From NCBI GenBank assembly GCA_903860195.1, contig CAIOPO010000061.1, forward strand, positions 1 through 60,897: a DNA stretch of 60,897 nucleotides, in the 5' to 3' direction. Numbering within the stretch: position 1 is the first letter of the stretch; the number at the start of each line of letters is the position of its first letter. The notes under the pieces are model-generated. The model saw only the letters and a list, made by a program, of their open reading frames with translations. It did no database searches and had not been told where the DNA came from. A program made the position numbers and the translations under genes. This DNA comes from an uncultured Opitutia bacterium. Lineage in GTDB: Bacteria; Verrucomicrobiota; Verrucomicrobiia; Opitutales; UBA953. Below, one piece after another: positions 8,515 to 17,305 of this stretch.

Positions 8515-9778
8515 AGTGCCGTCGGGCCCAGTACGCCGCGGCCATGCCGGGCAGGGCGAGGGCGAGCGAGAACAGGAAGTAGTCCGCGTAGCCCCAACGC
8601 TCGGCCAGCTTGCCCGCCCAGAGACCGGGAAGATAGGCCGCCAGCAGGGCCAGCGTGGAGAGCGCCGCATAACGCACGGCGGCGGAGGAGCCGGCGGCCA
8701 GCTTCATCATCGCGAGGAGCAACGCGCACAGGCCCGCACCGTAGGCCACGTACTCGATGAGGAAGACGATGCCGACGGTCCAGACGCCGTGGCCCGAGCC
8801 CGAGGCGAGCCACGTGACGGCAAGCAATGGGGCGTGCATCGCGAGGCCGAGCGGCACGAGCGACCGCGCGATGCCGAGCCGTGTGACGACCAGTGATCCG
8901 ACGACGCCGCCGGCGGCCAGGCCGCCGACCGCGGTGATCATGCGGATCAGCGCATAGGTCTCGTTATCGAGAGCGAGTCCGCCCTTGTCGACCGGCGCCA
9001 GGGAGTAGAGCGGCAGCACCCTCGACATGTGGATCTCGCTGGCGCGGTAGAGCAGGATCAGGGCGGCCACCGCCGGCAGCCGCGGGTCACGGAACAGTTC
9101 TCCCAGCCCGAGGCCCATCGCGCGAAAACGGCCGCGCACATCCATGCCGTCCGATTCATGGGAAGGTTCGCCGCGCAGGGCCCAGAGGTTGACCAGGACG
9201 GCCAGCAGGGCGAAGGCGGCCGCGGCCAGCAAGGCCGTCGACCACGCCGCCGCGACCTGCTGACCACGGTGCATCAGCAGCCCGGCCAGACCGATGAGGC
9301 ATGGACCCGCCAGGACTGAGCCGACCTTGGAGGCGACATTGAGCAGGCCGGAGTGCCGTGCACGCGCCTGTTCGTCGAGTGACGACACGAAGTAACCGTC
9401 GAGGGTGAAGTCATGGGCGGCCGCGACCACGGAGAGGGCGACGAGGCAGGCGACGACCATGGCGCCTCCGGACTGAGCCAGATCGGGCAGGGCGAGGCCG
9501 GCGAAAAGGAGGAGCAGGGCCGTGGCCGCCTGGGTGGCCAGAATGAGCGGACGGGGACGGAACGCCGCGATGAAAGGCGCCATCAGCACCTTGAAGCCGA
9601 AGATGAGCCCCAGCATCGACTGGATCTGCGTGATGCCGGCGTCGGCGGAACCGAGATTGCGGAGGGCGACCGGCAGGGCTTCGTCCCTCACCGCGGCCGG
9701 CAGCGCCTGGAAGACGTAGCAGCCCGCCACCCACGCCCAGACCGTCCTGTTCCGCAGGGGCTGGGGGTGTTCCTTCAC
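8501..9778 (-). CDS. MFS transporter, AmpG-family-like (muropeptide/lysolipid-type permease)
   Basis: 425 aa with about 12 hydrophobic helices. The N-terminal region (WVAGCYVFQALPAAVRDEALPVALRNLG...FGFKVLMAPFI) resembles the AmpG-type layout. Its 3' end overlaps the convergent M16 gene by 14 nt. Confidence 0.5.
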   Translation of the reverse strand: MKEHPQPLRNRTVWAWVAGCYVFQALPAAVRDEALPVALRNLGSADAGITQIQSMLGLIFGFKVLMAPFIAAFRPRPLILATQAATALLLLFAGLALPDLAQSGGAMVVACLVALSVVAAAHDFTLDGYFVSSLDEQARARHSGLLNVASKVGSVLAGPCLIGLAGLLMHRGQQVAAAWSTALLAAAAFALLAVLVNLWALRGEPSHESDGMDVRGRFRAMGLGLGELFRDPRLPAVAALILLYRASEIHMSRVLPLYSLAPVDKGGLALDNETYALIRMITAVGGLAAGGVVGSLVVTRLGIARSLVPLGLAMHAPLLAVTWLASGSGHGVWTVGIVFLIEYVAYGAGLCALLLAMMKLAAGSSAAVRYAALSTLALLAAYLPGLWAGKLAERWGYADYFLFSLALALPGMAAAYWARRHFRSE

Positions 9779-9780
9779 GT

Positions 9781-10626
9781 TCAGGAGCCCTGGCCTTCGC
9801 CGAGCTGGTTCTTGGCGTAGAAGTCGACCGACTTCAGGAGTCCGTCGACGAACTTGGCCGCCGTGATGTTCAGGCCCAGAAGCTCGGAGTCGCTCAGCTC
9901 AAGGAGCTCGCCGGGCCTGAAGGTCCTGGTGGTGTCGACGAGACGGGCGATGACCTTTGAACGCGCCTGCAGCACGTCACCGATCGGATGCTTCACCACG
10001 CCTTCCGGGGCCGAATCGGCCGAGGTCTGCTCCGGCGAGTCCTGCGGGACTTCGAAGTCCTTCATCGATTTGAACTCGAGCGTGAGCGAGCCGTCGGGAG
10101 CGATGTCGTCGTTCGTCACCTTGCCGCCGCGGGAAAGCACCCGCAGGGCCGCGGCGAGACTGAAGATGCCGTCCTCGAGCTCGCAGACGATGCCGGCTCC
10201 CTCCTCGAGGGCCTCGAACTTCTCCTGAAGATTCATGCGGGCGAAGTCGGCCTGATCCTTCGCCACGCGCTCGATGAGTTCCTTGCCGGGCTGGGTGTTG
10301 CGGCCGCAGTGCCGCACGAAGAGGCAGAGATGATGGCAGTCCACCATGCATTCCACCGCCAGCACGAGCAGGTCGTTGATGGTCGTGCGCAGCATCAGCC
10401 CGCGGGCGAAGGCCTGCATCTGCTGCGCGGGGAGGTGCGCCTGGGGCAGGGGCATCACCCGCGAGAGACCGGAGAAATGATCGTAGGCGGCGGGGTCGGC
10501 GGTCTTCAGTCCGGCCAGATTGAAGGCGAGCAGGTCGTGCTGGCGCTGCAGCGCGGTGAAGTACTTGCGGCTGATCGCCTGCAGCGAGATCACGTTCTCG
10601 CGCGGAGCTGGAGCGGGCTGGGACAT
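9781..10626 (-). CDS. Hypothetical protein (281 aa) with C-x3-C-x3-C-x5-C / His cluster; no family recognised
   Basis: The ORF is tightly packed between the SPOUT-like gene (3-nt gap) and the MFS gene (2-nt gap). Composition is protein-like. The motif is ECMVDCHHLCLFVRHCG. The middle region is acidic (EVPQDSPEQTSADSAPEG). Confidence 0.6.
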   Translation of the reverse strand: MSQPAPAPRENVISLQAISRKYFTALQRQHDLLAFNLAGLKTADPAAYDHFSGLSRVMPLPQAHLPAQQMQAFARGLMLRTTINDLLVLAVECMVDCHHLCLFVRHCGRNTQPGKELIERVAKDQADFARMNLQEKFEALEEGAGIVCELEDGIFSLAAALRVLSRGGKVTNDDIAPDGSLTLEFKSMKDFEVPQDSPEQTSADSAPEGVVKHPIGDVLQARSKVIARLVDTTRTFRPGELLELSDSELLGLNITAAKFVDGLLKSVDFYAKNQLGEGQGS

Positions 10627-10629
10627 GGG

Positions 10630-11451
10630 TCAGGAGGGATTGGACCCTTTGTCCTTGCTGTGGCGAGCCCTTTTGCGGGCGAGGAAACCGTCCTTTCTCG
10701 GCACGGGCGAGGAGGTGATCCAGGCCGCGGCCACGGGGAAGGCCTCGGCGAGCGAAAGCCTGCGTCTGTCAGCCAGGCCGGGGAATCTGAAGCAGTGGGT
10801 GACCTTGGAGCGCAGATCGGGGTCCAGTCCGTCGCCCGACACCAACAGGGCCAGATGCTTGCCGGGGACCTTGACGGGCACACCGAGGTCGACCTTACGT
10901 CCCTCCGCGGGACTGAGCGCCACCACGCAGCAGCGGTCCTCGACCAGCCCCAGCAGTCCGCCCAAAGCGGCCGCACGCATCAGCACGACTTCCTCCAGCG
11001 CGCCCTTGGCGAGCGCCCAGGCGTCAGGATGGTGCGCGAGACGTTCGCTGCCGGAGGAGAGGAGCAGCCGTCGCAGACCGAAGGAGGCCATCGAGCGGGC
11101 GAGTGAAGCGAGGTCGGCGGGATCGCGGAGTCCGTCGGCGATGACGACGGTCTCATGCGCCTCGCGCCAGTCGCTGAAATCCCCGACCCGTGCCAGTCCC
11201 GGTTCGGGACGGAACGTGAGCGCGCAGGCGTCGAAGCAGGGGCCGCCGGCCGTCTTGGCCAGTTCCTGCTCCGATACCGTACGGAGCGGGATGCCGAGCG
11301 ACCTGAGGGCGTCCGCGTGCTCCTGGAGGAGCTCTTCGCCCGCGCGTGACATCGTGACCTCACGGAGGGCCCGCGGGTGATGCGCGAGGCAGGACGCGAC
11401 GGCTTCGGCCCCCCTGAGCATCAGCCTGATGGGATTCGGGTCTTCGCTCAC
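10630..11451 (-). CDS. SpoU/TrmH (SPOUT) family RNA methyltransferase-like protein with substituted motif residues and a basic C-terminal tail
   Basis: RlmB/TrmH-like layout. Motif 1 is VVIADGLRDPADLASLARSMASFG, motif 2 is ALLVSGDGLD and motif 3 is FRFPGLADRRRLSLAEAFPVAAAWI. The tail is RKDGFLARKRARHSKDKG. Confidence 0.6.
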   Translation of the reverse strand: MSEDPNPIRLMLRGAEAVASCLAHHPRALREVTMSRAGEELLQEHADALRSLGIPLRTVSEQELAKTAGGPCFDACALTFRPEPGLARVGDFSDWREAHETVVIADGLRDPADLASLARSMASFGLRRLLLSSGSERLAHHPDAWALAKGALEEVVLMRAAALGGLLGLVEDRCCVVALSPAEGRKVDLGVPVKVPGKHLALLVSGDGLDPDLRSKVTHCFRFPGLADRRRLSLAEAFPVAAAWITSSPVPRKDGFLARKRARHSKDKGSNPS

Positions 11452-11918
11452 GGAATGCGTCCCTCGTCGAGGTCGATCATGTCCGCGAAGGAGATGACGT
11501 CCGTGCGATGGGAGGTACCCATCTTGCGTTTGGCGTCATCCAGCGCTTCCCGTCCCATCTCGCTCATGCCTTTCTGGACCAGTTCCCGGTTCCAGACGTG
11601 CACCCTTAGGTCGGCGGGGAACAGCGTGAGCAGGCGGGCGTCGAGCGACCGCTCATCGGCCGACTCCCTGACCGCGGCGATCACCTGCTCGGGGTCCACG
11701 CCCAGATGGAGGCAAAGGAAGCGGTCGAAACCCTTGCAGAAGTTGCGCTGGTACGACTTGGGGAGCTCGCCGGCCAGGTGCTTGCGGATCTTGGCGATGA
11801 AGCGCGGCAGATGCAGCAGGCCAGTTCCGGCGTGCGGGACGTAGGAGGAGGGCAGATCATAACAGATCTCGCCGGTGGCCTCCGAAAAGCCCATCGGGCG
11901 GGCGGGTTCCTGACTCAT
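11448..11918 (-). CDS. DUF5069-like protein
   Basis: 156 aa. The segment LLHLPRFIAKIRKHLAGELPKSYQRNFCKGFDRFLCLHLGVDPEQV matches my recollection of the DUF5069 pattern (l-R-x-iDK-x-Ra...G...Y...g-D...l-GvD-e). It has 4-nt overlaps on both sides. Confidence 0.5.
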   Translation of the reverse strand: MSQEPARPMGFSEATGEICYDLPSSYVPHAGTGLLHLPRFIAKIRKHLAGELPKSYQRNFCKGFDRFLCLHLGVDPEQVIAAVRESADERSLDARLLTLFPADLRVHVWNRELVQKGMSEMGREALDDAKRKMGTSHRTDVISFADMIDLDEGRIP

Positions 11919-12466
11919 TGCGAAGTGAGGAATGGGACGAGACTGGCCGCCGCCTGGTCAAGATTGGCTGACTGGGCGGCGACGAACTCTCCGGCGGAAG
12001 GTCCGGCCAGAGGACTGTGCCATTCATATTCCCCCTCGGCTCCGCGTTTTCCGTCGGAGAGTTCGACGCGGAGGCGCAGGCGCATTCTCGCGCGGGCGTC
12101 GACCACGTCCATCCGAAGCACCTCGATCAGGAGCACGAGATGGTCTTCGGGCGGGGGCTGGGAAGTGCAGGGAAGGCCCGTGAGCGCCGTCAGTCGTCGG
12201 CCGATCGCCTCGGGCAGCGTGGATTCCAGAGGTCCCAGCCAGCGGTGCGAGTCCTCCACTCTCACCGCCTCTCGGCTTTCAATCACCAGCGAGGGACGAC
12301 GCAGCCCGGCGGGAAGCACCGCGCGCGGGACATGCACCGTGGGGCGGGGCTTGGTGGCAACGGCCGGAGGCACGGAGAAGGCGTGGAACACGACGGGTTC
12401 GCTCCGTCGTCCCGGAAGCAGGCAGCCGACCAGGAGGAGCGGCAGCAGCGCAGCGAGGGCCCTCAT
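11915..12466 (-). CDS. ABC-transport auxiliary lipoprotein (PqiC/YmbA, DUF330-like) of the MCE system
   Basis: Lipobox MRALAALLPLLLVGC. It is about 180 aa and lies immediately downstream of the MCE gene with a 4-nt overlap, the usual position for this family. Confidence 0.6.
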   Translation of the reverse strand: MRALAALLPLLLVGCLLPGRRSEPVVFHAFSVPPAVATKPRPTVHVPRAVLPAGLRRPSLVIESREAVRVEDSHRWLGPLESTLPEAIGRRLTALTGLPCTSQPPPEDHLVLLIEVLRMDVVDARARMRLRLRVELSDGKRGAEGEYEWHSPLAGPSAGEFVAAQSANLDQAAASLVPFLTSQ

Positions 12467-13509
12467 CTGCTCACCGGGGCCTCCTTGCCGTCCACTTCGA
12501 CCTTGCGTTCAACCGTATCGCGCGCGCGACGTCCGGTCAGCACCGTTTCGGGATTGCGCTCGATGAAGTCGGCCAGCGAGCGGATCGCCTGCGCGGCCTC
12601 CGAGACGTCGGCCAGGGCCTGCTCGAGGTCGCGCCTCGCGGGTGAGCCGGGCTTGGTGAGCGTGCGGAGGTTGGTCGACGCTTCCTCCAGCCTTTGGAGG
12701 GCGTTCCGGCCGGCCTGGGCCATGGCCCCGATGTCCGTGGCCACGGGGTCGACCTTCGAGTCGAGCCGTTTGGCGAGCGACTCCACGCCCTTCATCGCGG
12801 CCGAGAAGTCCTTAACCGCCTGGGTGATGGCGGGGTCGGCGGTGACTTTCGCGATGTTCTCGGAGGCGGCCACCAGATTGCCATTGATCCGCTGGAACTC
12901 GATCTTGGACGCGCCTTCGTCAAGACGTCCCAGGATCGAGTCGACCTTCTTGGTGATGGAGACGAAGTCGACCTTGCTGAGCTGGTCGAGCGTCTGCGAG
13001 ACCGCCTTCGTCAGCGCGCCCAGATTGGAAGGCAGCGTGGGCACTTCAGGAAGTTCCCCGTTCGGATCGTGCAGCTTCACGGGCGTGTCGGGGAAATAGT
13101 CCAGCTCCACGTAGAGCACGCCCGTGATGACGGACTGCTGCTGCAGCTTGGCGCGCAGGCCTTTCTCGATGGAGAGGCGCAGGCCTGACTTGTCGAGCAG
13201 CGTACGGTCGAGTCCGCGCCGGGTGAGCAGGTCGGGCGTGAACTCCATGGCCACCGGCACCGCGTAGTCCGAACCCACCTGGCCGGGAGTGCGCAGCAGC
13301 ACCTGGGACACCTTGCCGACCGAAACGCCGCGGAACTTGACGGGCGCTCCGATGTCCAGTCCGCTGACGGAGTCCTCGAAGTAGGCGATGGCCCCGGGCT
13401 TGGGTCCGGTGAAGGAGCCCGCTCCGAGCAGGACCATCGCGATGATGAAGAGCAGGCCTCCGCCGGCTACGAAGGCCCCGATCAGCGTGACGTTGGCGGA
13501 ACGGCGCAT
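12463..13509 (-). CDS. MCE/MlaD-family substrate-binding protein
   Basis: N-terminal membrane anchor (VTLIGAFVAGGGLLFIIAMVLLG). MCE core (GLDIGAPVKFRGVSVGKVSQV). Long helical C-terminal region. Confidence 0.85.
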   Translation of the reverse strand: MRRSANVTLIGAFVAGGGLLFIIAMVLLGAGSFTGPKPGAIAYFEDSVSGLDIGAPVKFRGVSVGKVSQVLLRTPGQVGSDYAVPVAMEFTPDLLTRRGLDRTLLDKSGLRLSIEKGLRAKLQQQSVITGVLYVELDYFPDTPVKLHDPNGELPEVPTLPSNLGALTKAVSQTLDQLSKVDFVSITKKVDSILGRLDEGASKIEFQRINGNLVAASENIAKVTADPAITQAVKDFSAAMKGVESLAKRLDSKVDPVATDIGAMAQAGRNALQRLEEASTNLRTLTKPGSPARRDLEQALADVSEAAQAIRSLADFIERNPETVLTGRRARDTVERKVEVDGKEAPVSR

Positions 13510-13510
13510 G

Positions 13511-14263
13511 TCAGGTGCGGTGGGTCAGGGTGAAGAAGGCGTGGGCCCGGGGGTGGGAGGAGGGCGCAAGGAAGTCCTTGGGCGGCCCGTAGGCGCCCAT
13601 CCTGCCCGTGTCCGTGTCGAGGTAAACGCAGAAGTCCGCGGTCCGGAGGATGCTGGGGACCTCGTGACTGACCATGACGATCGTGGTGCCGAAGGCCTCC
13701 CTGACCTTGAGGATGAGCTCGTCCATGCGCGCCGCCGTGACCGGGTCCAGCCCCGCTCCCGGCTCATCGAGGAACAGCACCTCGGGGTCGAGCGCGAGCG
13801 CGCGGGCGAGCGCGGCGCGTTTGGCCATGCCGCCGCTGATCTCGGAGGGGAGTTTGTCCATGGCGTCGGCCAGCCCCACCAGGGAGAGCTTGTATTCCGC
13901 CAGCTGCCGGAGTTCCCGTCGCGGCGGGGCGAGGAACTCACGGATGGGAAGCTCGACGTTTTCGCGCAACGTGAGCGAGGAGAAGAGGGCGGAGCCCTGG
14001 AAGAGGAAGCCGAGCCTGCGCAGAGCGGACTCACGTTCGACGGCCGAGGCCACGGTCAGGTCCTGGCCGAGGAGCCGTGAACTTCCGGAGACCGGGTCGT
14101 CGAGACCGCTGAGGGCGCGCATCAGCGTGCTCTTGCCGCAGCCGCTGGGCCCGACCACCGCCAGGATGCGTCCCGGCTCGAGGGTGAAGGTGATGCCCGA
14201 CATGATCGCGCGTCCGTCGTGTCCGATGGCGAGGTCGTCGCAGGCGATCGCTTCTGTGGCCAT
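13511..14263 (-). CDS. MlaF-like ABC transporter ATP-binding protein
   Basis: Walker A GPSGCGKSTLMR, signature EISGGMAKRAALARAL and Walker B LFLDEPGAGLD. Confidence 0.9.
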   Translation of the reverse strand: MATEAIACDDLAIGHDGRAIMSGITFTLEPGRILAVVGPSGCGKSTLMRALSGLDDPVSGSSRLLGQDLTVASAVERESALRRLGFLFQGSALFSSLTLRENVELPIREFLAPPRRELRQLAEYKLSLVGLADAMDKLPSEISGGMAKRAALARALALDPEVLFLDEPGAGLDPVTAARMDELILKVREAFGTTIVMVSHEVPSILRTADFCVYLDTDTGRMGAYGPPKDFLAPSSHPRAHAFFTLTHRT

Positions 14264-14264
14264 G

Positions 14265-15359
14265 TCAGATGCCGTAGAGGTTGAACAGGACGGCGAAGAC
14301 GGCGTCGGCCACCACGATGAGCGTGATGCCGAGCACGGCGGCCGAGGTGGCGGCCTCGCCGACGCCGAGCGCCGAGCGCTTCGCGACCGAGCCGCGGTAG
14401 CAGCCGGACCAGGCGGCGATGAAACCGAAGGCGACGGACTTGACGAAGCCGGCCATGAAGCTCTTCCAGCTCACGGCGAGCACGGCCTGCGTCACATATT
14501 GGTCGACGCTGAGTTCGCCGGCGCAGGCCACCACCATGCCGCCGAGCACCCCCACGAAGGTGGCGAACACGGAGAGGAGCGGGACCATGAGCGTCACCGC
14601 CAGGATCCGGGGCAGGGCGAGGAACTCGACGGGATTGATGCCGAGGGCGCGCAGGGCGTCGGTCTCCTGGCTCACGTTCATGCTTCCGAGCTGTGAGGCG
14701 AAGGAGGTGGAAGTGCGGCCGCAGGCGATAACGCCGGTCATCAGGGCCCCCATCTCCCGCGCCATCGCCAGCGCCACCAGGTTCGCCACGTAGACCGTGG
14801 CTCCCACCTGCCTGAGCTGGATCAGCCCGACGTAGGCCATGATGAGTCCGGTGAGAAAGCCGAGCAGCGCCACGATCGGCAGCGCGTCCACGCCCGCCGT
14901 CTGCATCTGGAGCGTGAGCTCGCTCCAGTTGACCCTGGCCCGGCCGGCGATCGCCCGGAGGAAGCCCAGTGCCGTATGTCCGATGTGCTCAAGGGCGCGT
15001 CCCCAGGAAGACCCGCTCTCGACGCCCCATGAACCGATGTTCTCCAGCACTCCCGGTGACTCGGCCGGGCTCTCTGTCACCGCGACATTCTCCGCCATGC
15101 GCACCAGCGCCTGCAGGCGAGGGGGGAGGGCTGACAGGTCCGTCTCGCGCACCGTGCGCAGGTGGGCATGCAGCCAGGCGGGCAGGCAGGAGTCGAAGCC
15201 GTCCAGCGATTCGGTCCTGACCGAGACTCGGTCTCCCCGGAAGGAAACTTCCGGGAGCGTGAGACCCGATTTCCAGCCACCCCCCAGGGTCAGCAGGACG
15301 CAACCGTCGGCAGCCACCTCCGTGCGGGCCCAAGGTGGGCTGGGGGAGGCCTGTGGCAT
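14265..15359 (-). CDS. MlaE-family ABC permease with ~110-aa N-terminal STAS/MlaB-like extension
   Basis: The C-terminal ~250 aa is MlaE-like (ALPIVALLGFLTGLIMAYVGLIQLRQVGA ... QETDALRALGINPVEFLALPRILA). The N-terminal region (CVLLTLGGGWKSGL...) is extra. Confidence 0.85.
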   Translation of the reverse strand: MPQASPSPPWARTEVAADGCVLLTLGGGWKSGLTLPEVSFRGDRVSVRTESLDGFDSCLPAWLHAHLRTVRETDLSALPPRLQALVRMAENVAVTESPAESPGVLENIGSWGVESGSSWGRALEHIGHTALGFLRAIAGRARVNWSELTLQMQTAGVDALPIVALLGFLTGLIMAYVGLIQLRQVGATVYVANLVALAMAREMGALMTGVIACGRTSTSFASQLGSMNVSQETDALRALGINPVEFLALPRILAVTLMVPLLSVFATFVGVLGGMVVACAGELSVDQYVTQAVLAVSWKSFMAGFVKSVAFGFIAAWSGCYRGSVAKRSALGVGEAATSAAVLGITLIVVADAVFAVLFNLYGI

Positions 15360-15440
15360 GCTGAAGGCGAGTAAGTTGAGCCTGACCGACCCCTCAAGTC
15401 AGAAAGGCGTTGTCGGGCGTCTGCTAAGGGCTTTCCTAGA

Positions 15441-16382
15441 GTGTCCCTCATGCGTCCACAGGCCGTCTCAGCGCTGCTCTCATTGGCCGCTCCACTGGCC
15501 GGTCTGCAGCTCGAATCCCCCCTGCCGAAGGAGGGCGTGCCTTTTCGGATCACGCTCGAGGAGGAGAATGACAAGTTCGGCGCTGACAATGTGGACCGAT
15601 ATTACACCCAGGGGCTAAGACTTACTTTGCAATCCGGCGACCATGCCTACCTAGCCATCGCACAGGAGATCAACACTCCTTCCGACATCTCCAACCCCAA
15701 TCCGCCCGACACCGACATGGCCTACTCCGGGGCCCTGTATCTCGCTTATGGCCACGGCCACGTCTTCGAGCGCGGCGGACGCAAGGACGTGCTGGTTTCG
15801 GTCGAGCTCAAGCTCGGTGTCATCGGTCCGTCCTCAGGGGCGGAGACCATTCAGAACAAGTTCCATGACCTCATCGGACAGCCCGCGGCCGCAGGCTGGG
15901 GTCGGCAGACTCCGGATGAGCCGATGATCAATCTCGACGGAGAACTGCGTCGCAGGTTCGGCGACGACCATCTGGATTTCATCGCCCGTTCCGTGCTCCA
16001 ACTGGGTTCCATGAGGACCGGCTTCGCCGTCGGCGGGCAGCTCCGCTACGGCCGAGGTCTGGGTACGTCCTGGGGAACCGGCACGATACGCGGAAGCAAC
16101 GCCTACCTCGGACCGCTGACCGTGGCCGAGGGCTTCCGTTGGCATCTTTTTGCTGATGCTCAGGCAGAGGCCGTGATCAGCAATTACGCGACGGACGGCG
16201 GGCACTTCGAAGAGTCGCCCGGGGTGGACCGCAGGCCGGTGGTCGGACAGGCTTCCGTCGGCGCGGCCCTGGCCTACGGGGATTTCACCTTGTCCGTCTT
16301 CAGTGCGGTTCGGACCTATGAGTTTGAGACGCAGACCGAGGCCCATCATTTCGGCGGCTTCAAGGCGGGCATGCAGTTCTGA
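15441..16382 (+). CDS. Outer-membrane lipid A deacylase LpxR-family (DUF2219) protein
   Basis: It has a signal peptide. The N-terminal motif EEENDKFGADNVDRYYTQGLRL is typical of the LpxR/DUF2219 family. The sequence is beta-barrel-like with alternating residues and ends ...GFKAGMQF. The start could be GTG 15441 or ATG 15450. Confidence 0.65.
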   Translation: MSLMRPQAVSALLSLAAPLAGLQLESPLPKEGVPFRITLEEENDKFGADNVDRYYTQGLRLTLQSGDHAYLAIAQEINTPSDISNPNPPDTDMAYSGALYLAYGHGHVFERGGRKDVLVSVELKLGVIGPSSGAETIQNKFHDLIGQPAAAGWGRQTPDEPMINLDGELRRRFGDDHLDFIARSVLQLGSMRTGFAVGGQLRYGRGLGTSWGTGTIRGSNAYLGPLTVAEGFRWHLFADAQAEAVISNYATDGGHFEESPGVDRRPVVGQASVGAALAYGDFTLSVFSAVRTYEFETQTEAHHFGGFKAGMQF

Positions 16383-16384
16383 CC

Positions 16385-17305
16385 ATGCAGCGCCTCGCCA
16401 TCATCGACATCGGCTCCAACTCGATCAAGGCCACCGTCTTCAAGGTCGCCGATCGCGCCGAGGTGGCCCGCCAGTCCGAACAGGTCCGAATTTTCCCGCC
16501 GGGGTTGGACGAGGGCATCCCGCTCGACAAGCTGAAGGCGGCGGCGGCGGCGGTGGGAAGGCTGGTGGATTTCGCCCGTTCCCATGGCGCCGAAAAGACG
16601 GTCATCGTCGGCACTTCCGCCGTACGTGAGTCCAAGGGGGCCAGTGAACTGGTCCGGCACATCCGAGATACGACCGGGATAGCGGTCACCGTGCTCTCCG
16701 GAGAGTCCGAGGCCCGGGTGGTCGCTCGCGGCGTCAGGTCGGATACGGCCTACTCGGCGCATCCGGACCTGCTGGCCTTCGACCTCGGAGGCGGGAGTCT
16801 GGAGATCGTCCGGACGAGGTCGGGGGAGATCCGCACGGCCCGCAGTCTGCCTCTCGGATCCGTGCGTCTGACCAACGGATTCATCGGGGGAGGCGATTCG
16901 CCGCTTTCCGAAAGGGACGTGCTGTCCGTCAGCAACCATGTGGCCTCCCTGGCCGGAATGGTCCTCAATCCGCGCATGGCGGAGAGCCACCTCGTCTTGG
17001 GCGCGGGCGGAGCTTTCACGGCGGTCGCGATGCACCTTGAGGCCGCCGGCGAACCGATCCAATCCGGTCGCATTCCGACCCTGCGCATCCGGGAACTCCG
17101 CGACCGTCTCTGCAAGCTCGGTCTGGCCGCCCGACGCGAGGTGCCCGGCGTCCCGGCCGACCGGGCCGACATCATGCCGGTCGCCCTCATCACGATCTGC
17201 ACCCTGGCGGACCTGTGCGGCGCCGAAGCCTTCCATCTCACCCATCACGGAGTCAGGCATGGCATGCTCGACGTGCTGCTGAGCAGCGAAGGAGCGCTGC
17301 TGTGA
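16385..17305 (+). CDS. Ppx/GppA-family phosphatase (short, two-domain form)
   Basis: ASKHA phosphate-binding motif (AIIDIGSNSIKATVF), FDLGGGSLE and 306 aa without a C-terminal HD region. Confidence 0.85.
   Translation: MQRLAIIDIGSNSIKATVFKVADRAEVARQSEQVRIFPPGLDEGIPLDKLKAAAAAVGRLVDFARSHGAEKTVIVGTSAVRESKGASELVRHIRDTTGIAVTVLSGESEARVVARGVRSDTAYSAHPDLLAFDLGGGSLEIVRTRSGEIRTARSLPLGSVRLTNGFIGGGDSPLSERDVLSVSNHVASLAGMVLNPRMAESHLVLGAGGAFTAVAMHLEAAGEPIQSGRIPTLRIRELRDRLCKLGLAARREVPGVPADRADIMPVALITICTLADLCGAEAFHLTHHGVRHGMLDVLLSSEGALL

Noticed and set aside
15441-16382. The LpxR-like gene appears slightly less GC-rich than its neighbours (possible horizontal acquisition).
   Set aside because: This is an impression only. 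I cannot compute GC or codon statistics here, the difference looks small, and there are no flanking mobility signatures.
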